From Eledone cirrhosa (taxonomy: Eukaryota), in NCBI GenBank assembly GCA_964016885.1, contig OZ024744.1, positions 115,568,001 through 115,632,000 on the forward strand: DNA of 64,000 nt, in the 5' to 3' direction. The position numbers were made by a program, and so were the translations under genes. The notes below the pieces were generated by a model. It searched no databases. It was not told where the DNA came from and saw only the letters and a list, made by a program, of their open reading frames with translations. This document shows positions 49,975 to 64,000 of the stretch, one piece after another (the stretch's first letter is position 1; the number at the start of each line of letters is the position of its first letter).

Positions 49975-52900
49975 ATAACAGTGTCTCTCTCGTATAGCAG
50001 GCTCTCTCTCTCATATAACAGTGTCTCTCTCTCATAAAACAGTGTCTCTCTCTCATATAACAGTGTTTCTCTCATATAACCGTGTCTCGCTCTCATATAA
50101 CAGTGTCTCTCTCATATAACAGTGTCTCTCTCGTATAGCAGGCTCTCTCTCTCATATAACAGTGTCTCTCTCTCATAAAACAGTGTCTCTCTCATATAAC
50201 AGTGTCTCTCTCTCATATAACAGTGTCTCTCTCTCATATAACAGTGTCTCTCTCTCATATAAAAGTGTCTCTCTCATATAACAGTGTCTCTCTCTGATAC
50301 AGCAGTGTTTCTCTCATATAACAGTGTCTCTCTCTCATATAACAGTGTCTCTCTCATATAACCGTGTCTCGCTCTCATATAGCAGTGTCTCTCTCATATA
50401 ACAGTGTCTCTCTCATATAACAGTGTCTCTCTCATATAACAATGTCTCTCTTGTATAGCAGGCTCTCTCTCTCATATAACAGTGTCTCTCTTATATAACA
50501 GTGTCTCTCTCTCATATAACGGTGTCTAAATCTCATGTAACAGTGTCTCTCTCTCATAAAACAGTGTCTCTCTCTCATAAAACAGTGTCTCTCGCTCATA
50601 AAACAGTGTCTCTCTCATATAACAGTGTCTCACATGTAACAGTGTCTCTCTCACTCATATAACAGTGTCTCTCTCTCTCATATAACAGTGTCTCTCTCAT
50701 ATAACAGTGTCTCTCTCATATAACAGTGTCTCTCTTATATAACAGTGTCTCTCTCTCTCATATAACTTTGTCTCTCTAATGTTACAGTATCACTCTCATA
50801 TAACAGTACCTCTCTCATATAACAGTACCTCTCTCATATAACAGTGTCTCTTTCATATAACAGTGTCTCTCTCTCAGATAACAGTGTCTCTCTCATATAA
50901 CAGTGTCTCACTCTCATATAGCAGTGTCTCTCTCTCATATAACAATGTCTCTCTCATATAAAAGTGTCTCTCTCTCATATAACACTGTCTCTCTTATATA
51001 ACAGTGTCTCTCTCATATAACAGTGTCTCTCTCATATAACAATGTCTCTCTGTCATATAACAATGTCTCTCTTATATAACAGTGTCTCACTCATAAAACA
51101 GTGTCTCTCACATATAAGTGTCTCGCTCTCATATAACAGTGTCTCTCTCATATAACAGTGTCTCTCTCTCATATAACAGTGTCTCTCTCTCATATAACAG
51201 TGTCTCTCATGTAACAGTGTCTCTCTCATATAACAGAAGCTCTCTCTCATATAACAGTGTCTCTGTCTCTAATATAACAGTGTCTCTCTCGCATATAACA
51301 GTGTCTCTCTCTCATATAACAGTGTCTCTCTCTCATATAACAGTGTCTCTCTCATATAACAGTGTCTCTCTCTCATATAACAGTGTCTCTCTCTCTCATA
51401 TAACAGTGTCTCTCGCATATAACAGTGTATCTCTCTCATATAACAGTTTCTCTCTCATATAACAGTGTCTCTCTCTCATATAACAGTGTCTCTCTCATAT
51501 AACAGTGTCTCTTTCTCATATAATAGTGTGTCTGTCATATAACAGTGTCTCGCTCTCAGAAAACAGTGTCTCTCTCTCATAAAACGTTGTCTCCCTCATA
51601 TAACAGTGTCTCTCTCTCATATAACAGTGTCTCTCTTATATAACAGTGTCTCTCTCTCATATAACAGTGTCTCTCTCTCATATAACAGTGTCTCTCTCGT
51701 ATAACAGTGTCTCTCTCATATAACAGTGTCTCTCTCATATAACAGTGTCTCCCTCATATAACAGTGTCTCTCTCATATAACAGTGTCTCTCTCATATAAC
51801 AGTGCCTCTCTCTCATATTACAGTGTCTCTCTCATATAACAGTGTCTCTCTCATATAACGGTGATTCTCTCTCATATTACAGTGTCTCTCTCTCATATAA
51901 CAGTGTCTCTCTCTCATATAACAGTGTCTCTCTCATATAACAGTGTCTCTCTCTCATATAACAATGTCTCCCTTATATAACAGTGTCTCTCTCTCTCATA
52001 TAACAGTGTCTCTCATATAACAGTGTCTCTCTGTCATATAACAGTGTCTCTCTCAGATAACAGATGTCTCTCTCTCATATAACAATGTCTCCCTTATATA
52101 ACAGTGTCTCTCTCTCATATAACAGTGTCTCACTCTCATATAACAGTGTCTTTCTCATATAACAGTATCTCTCTCTCATATAACAATGTCTCTCTCTCAT
52201 ATAACAGTATCTCTCTCATATAACAGTGTCTCTCTCATATAGCAGAGTCTCTCCATATAACAGTGTCTCTTTCTCAGGTAACAGTGTCTCTCTCATATAA
52301 CAGTGTCTCCCTCTCATATAACAGTGTCCATCTCATATAACAGTGTCTCTCTCTCATATAACAGTGTCTCTCTCTAATATAACAGTGTCTCTCTCATATA
52401 ACAGTGTCTCTCTCTCATATAACAGTGTCCCTCTCTCTAATAACAGTGTCTCTCTCTCATATAACAGTGTCTCTCTCTCTTATAACAGTGTCTCTCTCAT
52501 ATAACAGTGTCTCTCACATATGACAGTATCTCTCTCTCTCTCATATAAGAGTGTCTCTCTCTCATATAACAGTGTCTCTCTCATGTAACAGTGTCTCTCT
52601 CATATAACAACAGAGTCTCTCTCGTATAACAGTGTCTCTTTCTCATATAACAGTGTCTCTCTCATATAACAGTGTTTCTGTCTCATATAACAGTGTGTCT
52701 CTCATATAACAGTGTCTCTCTCATATAACAGTGTCTCTCTCTCATATAACAGTGTCACTCTCTCATGTAAGTGTCTCTCTTATATAATAGTGTCACTCTC
52801 TCATATAACAGTCTCTCTCGTATAGCAGTCTCTCTCTCTCTCTCTCATATAAAAGTGTCTCACTCTCATATAACAGTGTCTCTCTCTCATATAACAGTGT

Positions 52901-55900
52901 CTCTCTCATATAACAGTTTCTCTCCCATATAACAGTGTCTCTCTCATATAACAGTGTCTCTCTCATATAACAGTATCTCTCTCTCATATAACAGTGTCTC
53001 TCTCTCATAACAGTGTCTCTCTCTCATATAACAGTGTCTCTCTCATATAACAGTATCTCTCTCATATAACAGTGTCTCTCTCTCATATAACAGTGTCTCT
53101 CTCACATAACAGTGTCTCTTTCTCATATAAGAGTGTCTCTCTCATATAACAGTGTCTCTCTCATATAACAGTTTCTCTCCCATATAACAGTGTCTCTCTC
53201 ATATAACAGTATCTCTCTCTCATATAACAGTGTCTCTCTCTCATAACAGTGTCTCTCTCTCATATAACAGTGTCTCTCTCATATAACAGTATCTCTCTCT
53301 CATATAACAGTGTCTCTCTCATATAACAGTATCTCTCTCTCATATAACAGTGTCTCTCTCTCATATAACAGTGTCTCTCTCACATAACAGTGTCTCTTTC
53401 TCATATAACAGTGTCTCTCTCTCATATAACAGTGTCTCTCTCATAACAGTGTCTCTCTCTCATATAACAGTGTCTCTCTCATATAACAGTATCTCTCTCT
53501 CATATAACAGTGTCTCTCTCATATAACAGTATCTCTCTCTCATATAACAGTGTCTCTCTCATATAACAGTGTCTCTCTCATATAACAGGGTCTCTCTCAT
53601 ATAACAGTGTCTCTCTCCCATATTACAGTGTCTCTCTCTCTTATAACAGTGTCTCTCTCATATAACAGTGTCTCTCTCGCATATAACAGTGTCTCTCTCT
53701 CATATAACAGTGTGTCTCTTATATAACAGTGTCTCTCTCTCGTATAACTGTGTCTCTCATATAAATGTGTCTCTCTCTCATATAACAGTTTCTCTCTCTC
53801 ATATAACGGTGTCTCTCTCTCATACAGCAGTGTCTCTCTCCTATAACAGTGTCTCTCTCTCATATAACAGTGTCTCTCTCATATAACCGTGTCTCGCTCT
53901 CATATAACAGTGTCTCTCTCATATAACAGTGTCTCTCTCATATAACAGTGTCTCTCTCATATAACAATGTCTCTCTCGTATAGCAGGCTCTCTCTCTCAT
54001 ATAACAGTGTCTCTCTTATATAACAGTGTCTCTCTCTCATATAACAGTGTCTCTCTCTCATGTAACAGTGTCTCTCTCTCATACAGCAGTGTCTCTCTCC
54101 TATAACAGTGTCTCTCTCTCATATAACAGTGTCTCTCTCATATAACCGTGTCTCGCTCTCATATAACAGTGTCTCTCTTATATAACAGTGTCTCTCTCAT
54201 ATAACAGTGTCTCCCTCATATAACAGTGTCTCTCTCATATAACAGTGCCTCTCTCTCATATTACAGTGTCTCTCTCATATAACAGTATCTCTCTCATATA
54301 ACGGTGATTCTCTCTCATATAACGGTGATTCTCTCTCATATTACAGAGTCTCTCTCTCATATAACAGTGTCTCTCTCTCATATAACAGTGTCTCTCTCAT
54401 ATAACAGTGTCTCTCTCTCATATAACAATGTCTCCCTTATATAACAGTGTCTCTCTCTCTCATATAACAGTGTCTCTCATATATAAGTGTCTCTCTGTCA
54501 TATAACAGTGTCTCTCTCAGATAACAGATGTCTCTCTCTCATATAACAATGTCTCCCTTATATAACAGTGTCTCTCTCTCATATAACAGTGTCTCACTCT
54601 CATATAACAGTGTCTTTCTCATATGACAGTATCTTTCTCATATGACAGTATCTCTCTCTCATATAACAATGTCTCTCTCTCATATAACAGTGTCTCTCTC
54701 ATATAGCAGAGTCTCTCCATATAACAGTGTCTCTTTCTCAGGTAACAGTGTCTCTCTTATATAACAGTGTCTCTCTCTAATATAACAGTGTCTCTCTCAT
54801 ATAACAGTGTCTCTCTCTCATATAACAGTGTCTCTCTCTCTAATAACAGTGTCTCTCTCTCATATAACAGTGTCTCTCTCTCTTATAACAGTGTCTCTCT
54901 CATATAACAGTGTGTCTCACATATGACAGTATCTCTCTCTCTCATATAAGAGTGTCTCTCTCTCATATAACAGTGTCTCTCTCATGTAACAGTGTCTCTC
55001 TCATATAACAACAGAGTCTCTCTCATATAACAGTGTCTCTTTCTCATATAACAGTGTCTCTCACATATAACAGTGTTTCTGTCTCATTTAACAGTGTGTC
55101 TCTCATGTAACAGTGTCTTTCTCATATAACAGTGTCTCTCTCTCATATAACAGTGTCTCTCATATAACAGTGTCTCTCTCTCATATAACAGTGTCACTCT
55201 CTCATATAACAGTCTCTCTCGTATAGCAGTCTCTCTCTCTCTCTCTCATATAAAAGTGTCTCACTCTCATATAACAGTGTCTCCCTCTCATATAACAGTG
55301 TCTCTCTCATATAACAGTTTCTCTCCCATATAACAGTGTCTCTCTCATATAACAGTGTCTCTCTCATATAACAGTATCTCTCTCTCATATAACAGTGTCT
55401 CTCTCTCATTTCAGTGTCTCTCTCTCATATAACAGTGTCTCTCTCATATACAGTATCTCTCTCATATAACAGTGTCTCTCTCACATAACAGTGTCTCTTT
55501 CTCATATAACAGTGTCTCTCTCATATAACAGTGTCTCTCTCATATAACAGTATCTCTCTCTCATATAACAGTGTCTCTCTCTCATATCAGTGTCTCTCTC
55601 TCATATAACAGTGTCTCTCTCATATAACAGTATCTCTCTCTCATATAACAGTGTCTCTCTCATATAACATTATCTCTCTCTCATATAACAGTGTCTCTCT
55701 CTCATATGACAGTGTCTCTCTCTCATATAACAGTGTCTCTCTCATAACAGTGTCTCTCTCTCATATAACAGTGTCTCTCTCATATAACAGTATCTCTCTC
55801 TCATATAACAGTGTCTCTCTCTCATATAACAGTGTCTCTCTCTCATATAACAGTGTCTCTCTCTCATATAACAGTGTCTCTCATGTAACAGTGTCTCTCT

Positions 55901-58900
55901 CATATAACAGAAGCTCTCTCTCATATAACAGTGTCTCTGTCTCTAATATAACAGTGTCTCTCTCATATAACAGTGTCTCTCTCGCATATAACAGTGTCTC
56001 TCTCTCATATAACAGTGTCTCTCTCTCATATAACAGTGTCTCTCTCATATAACAGTGTCTCTCTCTCATATAACAGTGTCTCTCTCTCTCATATAACAGT
56101 GTCTCTCTCTCATATAACAGTGTCTCTCTCGTATAACAGTGTCTCTCTCATATAACAGTGTCTCTCTCATATAACAGTGTCTCCCTCATATAACAGTGTC
56201 TCTCTCATATAACAGTGTCTCTCTCATATAACAGTGCCTCTCTCTCATATTACAGTGTCTGTCTCATATAACAGTGTCTCTCTCATATAACGGTGATTCT
56301 CTCTCATATTACAGTGTCTCTCTCTCATATAACAGTGTCTCTCTCTCATATAACAGTGTCTCTCTCATATAACAGTGTCTCTCTCTCATATAACAATGTC
56401 TCCCTTATATAACAGTGTCTCTCTCTCTCATATAACAGTGTCTCTCATATAACAGTGTCTCTCTGTCATATAACAGTGTCTCTCTCAGATAACAGATGTC
56501 TCTCTCTCATATAACAATGTCTCCCTTATATAACAGTGTCTCTCTCTCATATAACAGTGTCTCACTCTCATATAACAGTGTCTTTCTCATATAACAGTAT
56601 CTCTCTCTCATATAACAATGTCTCTCTCTCATATAACAGTATCTCTCTCATATAACAGTGTCTCTCTCATATAGCAGAGTCTCTCCATATAACAGTGTCT
56701 CTTTCTCAGGTAACAGTGTCTCTCTCATATAACAGTGTCTCCCTCTCATATAACAGTGTCTCTCTCATATAACAGTGTCTCTCTCTCATATAACAGTGTC
56801 TCTCTCTAATATAACAGTGTCTCTCTCATATAACAGTGTCTCTCTCTCATATAACAGTGTCTCTCTCTCTAATAACAGTGTCTCTCTCTCATATAACAGT
56901 GTCTCTCTCTCTTATAACAGTGTCTCTCTCATATAACAGTGTCTCTCACATATGACAGTATCTCTCTCTCTCATATAAGAGTGTCTCTCTCTCATATAAC
57001 AGTGTCTCTCTCATGTAACAGTGTCTCTCTCATATAACAACAGAGTCTCTCTCGTATAACAGTGTCTCTTTCTCATATAACAGTGTCTCTCTCATATAAC
57101 AGTGTTTCTGTCTCATATAACAGTGTCTCTCTCATATAACAGTGTCTCTCTCTCATATAACAGTGTCTCTCATATAACAGTGTCTCTCTCTCATATAACA
57201 GTGTCACTCTCTCATGTAAGTGTCTCTCTTATATAATAGTGTCACTCTCTCATATAACAGTCTCTCTCGTATAGCAGTCTCTCTCTCTCTCTCTCATATA
57301 AAAGTGTCTCACTCTCATATAACAGTGTCTCTCTCTCATATAACAGTGTCTCTCTCATATAACAGTTTCTCTCCCATATAACAGTGTCTCTCTCATATAA
57401 CAGTGTCTCTCTCATATAACAGTATCTCTCTCTCATATAACAGTGTCTCTCACTCATAACAGTGTCTCTCTCTCATATAACAGTGTCTCTCTCATATAAC
57501 AGTATCTCTCTCATATAACAGTGTCTCTCTCTCATATAACAGTGTCTCTCTCACATAACAGTGTCTCTTTCTCATATAAGAGTGTCTCTCTCATATAACA
57601 GTGTCTCTCTCATATAACAGTTTCTCTCCCATATAACAGTGTCTCTCTCATATAACAGTATCTCTCTCTCATATAACAGTGTCTCTCTCTCATAACAGTG
57701 TCTCTCTCTCATATAACAGTGTCTCTCTCATATAACAGTATCTCTCTCTCATATAACAGTGTCTCTATCATATAACAGTATCTCTCTCTCATATAACAGT
57801 GTCTCTCTCTCATATAACAGTGTCTCTCTCACATAACAGTGTCTCTTTCTCATATAACAGTGTCTCTCTCTCATATAACAGTGTCTCTCTCTCATATAAC
57901 AGTGTCTCTCTCATAACAGTGTCTCTCTCTCATATAACAGTGTCTCTCTCATATAACAGTATCTCTCTGTCATATAACAGTGTCTCTCTCATATAACAGT
58001 ATCTCTCTCTCATATAACAGTGTCTCTCTCATATAACAGTGTCTCTCTCATATAACAGTGTCTCTCTCCCATATTACAGTGTCTCTCTCTCTTATAACAG
58101 TGTCTCTCTCATATAACAGTGTCTCTCTCGCATATAACAGTGTCTCTCTCTCATATAACAGTGTGTCTCTTATATAACAGTGTCTCTCTCTCGTATAACT
58201 GTGTCTCTCATATAAACGTGTCTCTCTCTCATATAACAGTTTCTCTCTCTCATATAACAGTGTCTCTCTCTCATACAGCAGTGTCTCTCTCCTATAACAG
58301 TGTCTCTCTCTCATATAACAGTGTCTCTCTCATATAACCGTGTCTCGCTCTCATATAACAGTGTCTCTCTCATATAACAGTGTCTCTCTCATATAACAGT
58401 GTCTCTCTCATATAACAGTGTCTCTCTCATATAACAATGTCTCTCTCGTATAGCAGGCTCTCTCTCTCATATAACAGTGTCTCTCTTATATAACAGTGTC
58501 TCTCTCTCATATAACAGTGTCTCTCTCTCATGTAACAGTGTCTCTCTCTCATAAAACAGTGTCTCTCTCTCATAAAACAGTGTCTCTCTCTCATATAAAA
58601 GTGTCTCTCTCATATAACAGTGTCTCACATGTAACATTGTCTCTCTCACTCATATAACAGTGTCTCTCTCTCATATAACAGTGTCTCTCTCATATAACAG
58701 TGTCTCTTTCTCATATAATAGTGTGTCTGTCATATAACAGTGTCTCGCTCTCAGAAAACAATGTCTCTCTCTCATAAAACGCTATCTCCCTCATATAACA
58801 GTGTCTCTCTCTCATATAACACTGTCTCTCTTATATAACAGTGTCTCTCTCTCATATAACAGTGTCTCTCTCTCATATAACAGTGTCTCTCTCGTATAAC

Positions 58901-61900
58901 AGTGTCTCTCTTATATAACAGTGTCTCTCTTATATAACAGTGTCTCCCTCATATAACAGTGTCTCTCTCATATAACAGTGTCTCTCTCATATAACAGTGC
59001 CTCTCTCTCATATTACAGTGTCTCTCTCATATAACAGTGTCTCTCTCATATAACGGTGTCTCTCTCTCATATAACAGTGTCTCTCATGTAACAGTGTCTC
59101 TCTCATATAACAGAAGCTCTCTCTCATATAACAGTGTCTCTGTCTCTAATATAACAGTGTCTCTCTCATATAACAGTGTCTCTCTCGCATATAACAGTGT
59201 CTCTCTCTCATATAACAGTGTCTCTCTCTCATATAACAGTGTCTCTCTCATATAACAGTGTCTCTCTCTCATATAACAGTGTCTCTCTCTCTCATATAAC
59301 AGTCTCTCTCTCGTATAACAGTGTCTCTCTCATATAACAGTGTCTCTCTCATATAACAGTGTCTCCCTCATATAACAGTGTCTCTCTCATATAACAGTGT
59401 CTCTCTCATATAACAGTGCCTCTCTCTCATATTACAGTGTCTGTCTCATATAACAGTGTCTCTCTCATATAACGGTGATTCTCTCTCATATTACAGTGTC
59501 TCTCTCTCATATAACAGTGTCTCTCTCTCATATAACAGTGTCTCTCTCATATAACAGTGTATCTCTCTCATATAACAATGTCTCCCTTATATAACAGTGT
59601 CTCTCTCTCTCATATAACAGTGTCTCTCATATAACAGTGTCTCTCTGTCATATAACAGTGTCTCTCTCAGATAACAGATGTCTCTCTCTCATATAACAAT
59701 GTCTCCCTTATATAACAGTGTCTCTCTCTCATATAACAGTGTCTCACTCTCATATAACAGTGTCTTTCTCATATAACAGTATCTCTCTCTCATATAACAA
59801 TGTCTCTCTCTCATATAACAGTATCTCTCTCATATAACAGTGTCTCTCTCATATAGCAGAGTCTCTCCATATAACAGTGTCTCTTTCTCAGGTAACAGTG
59901 TCTCTCTCATATAACAGTGTCTCCCTCTCATATAACAGTGTCTCTCTCATATAACAGTGTCTCTCTCTCATATAACAGTGTCTCTCTCTAATATAACAGT
60001 GTCTCTCTCATATAACAGTGTCTCTCTCTCATATAACAGTGTCTCTCTCTCTAATAACAGTGTCTCTCTCTCATATAACAGTGTCTCTCTCTCTTATAAC
60101 AGTGTCTCTCTCATATAACAGTGTCTCTCACATATGACAGTATCTCTCTCTCTCATATAAGAGTGTCTCTCTCTCATATAACAGTGTCTCTCTCATGTAA
60201 CAGTGTCTCTCTCATATAACAACAGAGTCTCTCTCGTATAACAGTGTCTCTTTCTCATATAACAGTGTCTCTCTCATATAACAGTGTTTCTGTCTCATAT
60301 AACAGTGTCTCTCTCATATAACAGTGTCTCTCTCTCATATAACAGTGTCTCTCATATAACAGTGTCTCTCTCTCATATAACAGTGTCACTCTCTCATGTA
60401 AGTGTCTCTCTTATATAATAGTGTCACTCTCTCATATAACAGTCTCTCTCGTATAGCAGTCTCTCTCTCTCTCTCTCTCATATAAAAGTGTCTCACTCTC
60501 ATATAACAGTGTCTCTCTCTCATATAACAGTGTCTCTCTCATATAACAGTTTCTCTCCCATATAACAGTGTCTCTCTCATATAACAGTGTCTCTCTCATA
60601 TAACAGTATCTCTCTCTCATATAACAGTGTCTCTCTCTCATAACAGTGTCTCTCTCTCATATAACAGTGTCTCTCTCATATAACAGTATCTCTCTCATAT
60701 AACAGTGTCTCTCTCTCATATAACAGTGTCTCTCTCACATAACAGTGTCTCTTTCTCATATAAGAGTGTCTCTCTCATATAACAGTGTCTCTCTCATATA
60801 ACAGTTTCTCTCCCATATAACAGTGTCTCTCTCATATAACAGTATCTCTCTCTCATATAACAGTGTCTCTCTCTCATAACAGTGTCTCTCTCTCATATAA
60901 CAGTGTCTCTCTCATATAACAGTATCTCTCTCTCATATAACAGTGTCTCTATCATATAACAGTATCTCTCTCTCATATAACAGTGTCTCTCTCTCATATA
61001 ACAGTGTCTCTCTCACATAACAGTGTCTCTTTCTCATATAACAGTGTCTCTCTCTCATATAACAGTGTCTCTCTCTCATATAACAGTGTCTCTCTCATAA
61101 CAGTGTCTCTCTCTCATATAACAGTGTCTCTCTCATATAACAGTATCTCTCTGTCATATAACAGTGTCTCTCTCATATAACAGTATCTCTCTCTCATATA
61201 ACAGTGTCTCTCTCATATAACAGTGTCTCTCTCATATAACAGTGTCTCTCTCCCATATTACAGTGTCTCTCTCATATAACAGTGTCTCTCTCGCATATAA
61301 CAGTGTCTCTCTCTCATATAACAGTGTGTCTCTTATATAACAGTGTCTCTCTCTCGTATAACTGTGTCTCTCATATAAATGTGTCTCTCTCTCATATAAC
61401 AGTTTCTCTCTCTCATATAACAGTGTCTCTCTCTCATACAGCAGTGTCTCTCTCCTATAACAGTGTCTCTCTCTCATATAACAGTGTCTCTCTCATATAA
61501 CCGTGTCTCGCTCTCATATAACAGTGTCTCTCTCATATAACAGTGTCTCTCTCATATAACAGTGTCTCTCTCATATAACAGTGTCTCTCTCATATAACAA
61601 TGTCTCTCTCGTATAGCAGGCTCTCTCTCTCATATAACAGTGTCTCTCTCATATAACAGTGTCTCTCTCATATAACAGTTTCTCTCCCATATAACAGTGT
61701 CTCTCTCATATAACAGTATCTCTCTCTCATATAACAGTGTCTCTCTCTCATAACAGTGTCTCTCTCTCATATAACAGTGTCTCTCTCATATAACAGTATC
61801 TCTCTCTCATATAACAGTGTCTCTATCATATAACAGTATCTCTCTCTCATATAACAGTGTCTCTCTCTCATATAACAGTGTCTCTCTCACATAACAGTGT

Positions 61901-64000
61901 CTCTTTCTCATATAACAGTGTCTCTCTCTCATATAACAGTGTCTCTCTCTCATATAACAGTGTCTCTCTCATAACAGTGTCTCTCTCTCATATAACAGTG
62001 TCTCTCTCATATAACAGTATCTCTCTGTCATATAACAGTGTCTCTCTCATATAACAGTATCTCTCTCTCATATAACAGTGTCTCTCTCATATAACAGTGT
62101 CTCTCTCATATAACAGTGTCTCTCTCCCATATTACAGTGTCTCTCTCTCTTATAACAGTGTCTCTCTCATATAACAGTGTCTCTCTCGCATATAACAGTG
62201 TCTCTCTCTCATATAACAGTGTGTCTCTTATATAACAGTGTCTCTCTCTCGTATAACTGTGTCTCTCATATAAATGTGTCTCTCTCTCATATAACAGTTT
62301 CTCTCTCTCATATAACAGTGTCTCTCTCTCATACAGCAGTGTCTCTCTCCTATAACAGTGTCTCTCTCTCATATAACAGTGTCTCTCTCATATAACCGTG
62401 TCTCGCTCTCATATAACAGTGTCTCTCTCATATAACAGTGTCTCTCTCATATAACAGTGTCTCTCTCATATAACAGTGTCTCTCTCATATAACAATGTCT
62501 CTCTCGTATAGCAGGCTCTCTCTCTCATATAACAGTGTCTCTCTTATATAACAGTGTCTCTCTCTCATATAACAGTGTCTCTCTCTCATGTAACAGTGTC
62601 TCTCTCTCATAAAACAGTGTCTCTCTCTCATAAAACAGTGTCTCTCTCTCATATAAAAGTGTCTCTCTCATATAACAGTGTCTCACATGTAACATTGTCT
62701 CTCTCACTCATATAACAGTGTCTCTCTCTCATATAACAGTGTCTCTCTCATATAACAGTGTCTCTTTCTCATATAATAGTGTGTCTGTCATATAACAGTG
62801 TCTCGCTCTCAGAAAACAATGTCTCTCTCTCATAAAACGCTATCTCCCTCATATAACAGTGTCTCTCTCTCATATAACACTGTCTCTCTTATATAACAGT
62901 GTCTCTCTCTCATATAACAGTGTCTCTCTCTCATATAACAGTGTCTCTCTCGTATAACAGTGTCTCTCTTATATAACAGTGTCTCTCTCATATAACAGTG
63001 TCTCCCTCATATAACAGTGTCTCTCTCATATAACAGTGTCTCTCTCATATAACAGTGCCTCTCTCTCATATTACAGTGTCTCTCTCATATAACAGTGTCT
63101 CTCTCATATAACGGTGTCTCTCTCTCATATAACAGTGTCTCTCATGTAACAGTGTCTCTCTCATATAACAGAAGCTCTCTCTCATATAACAGTGTCTCTG
63201 TCTCTAATATAACAGTGTCTCTCTCATATAACAGTGTCTCTCTCGCATATAACAGTGTCTCTCTCTCATATAACAGTGTCTCTCTCTCATATAACAGTGT
63301 CTCTCTCATATAACAGTGTCTCTCTCTCATATAACAGTGTCTCTCTCTCTCATATAACAGTGTCTCTCTCTCATATAACAGTGTCTCTCTCGTATAACAG
63401 TGTCTCTCTCATATAACAGTGTCTCTCTCATATAACAGTGTCTCCCTCATATAACAGTGTCTCTCTCATATAACAGTGTCTCTCTCATATAACAGTGCCT
63501 CTCTCTCATATTACAGTGTCTGTCTCATATAACAGTGTCTCTCTCATATAACGGTGATTCTCTCTCATATTACAGTGTCTCTCTCTCATATAACAGTGTC
63601 TCTCTCTCATATAACAGTGTCTCTCTCATATACAGTGTCTCTCTCTCATATAACAATGTCTCCCTTATATAACAGTGTCTCTCTCTCTCATATAACAGTG
63701 TCTCTCATATAACAGTGTCTCTCTGTCATATAACAGTGTCTCTCTCAGATAACAGATGTCTCTCTCTCATATAACAATGTCTCCCTTATATAACAGTGTC
63801 TCTCTCTCATATAACAGTGTCTCACTCTCATATAACAGTGTCTTTCTCATATAACAGTATCTCTCTCTCATATAACAATGTCTCTCTCTCATATAACAGT
63901 ATCTCTCTCATATAACAGTGTCTCTCTCATATAGCAGAGTCTCTCCATATAACAGTGTCTCTTTCTCAGGTAACAGTGTCTCTCTCATATAACAGTGTCT
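49975..64000. repeat. CT-rich satellite with 19/21-bp (17-25-bp) monomers and kb-scale higher-order blocks; continues beyond the window end
   Basis: Monomer is catataacagtg followed by a variable t(ct)n tract. Rare variants recur in the same order, e.g. cagaagctctct at ~51234, 55908, 59111 and 63169. Confidence 0.97.

Noticed and set aside
49935-49975. Possible splice acceptor (ctcttttactgacag) of a host exon
   Set aside because: It is followed immediately by satellite, with no exon or donor identifiable.
49899-63416. MRERHCY../SLSYNSV.. ORFs
   Set aside because: Runs of 21-bp monomers in the CT-rich satellite; frames break at every 19/23-bp unit.

Overview
Eukaryotic, apparently gene-free repeat landscape. 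The SINE families resemble those I recall from octopod cephalopod genomes; this is recollection, not a search result. Two large satellites (a 73/69-bp array at 1-36348 and a 19/21-bp CT-rich array at ~49975-64000) flank a ~13.6-kb island of decayed mobile elements: two R4/Dong-like REL-endonuclease non-LTR elements, an RTE LINE, a CR1 3' end, several tRNA-derived SINEs and a non-autonomous Helitron. No credible host protein-coding gene is seen, and the long or periodic ORFs are by-products of repeat periodicity. The main observation is that the tandem arrays are short pieces of retroelement interiors that have been amplified. The 36-kb satellite monomer translates to the RTE-LINE motif VKGRLYDVCV/MLHGSETWVVNVED. 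A 39-bp array is the (S)DIxxFY..GR segment inside the R4-like ORF, a 64-bp array is the IERSQLxYYGHVVRM segment inside the RTE ORF, and an 85-89-bp array is a SINE body segment. Several arrays keep ancestral intermediate units and microhomology junctions, so the window reads as a 'satellite nursery' with stages from 2 to ~500 copies.
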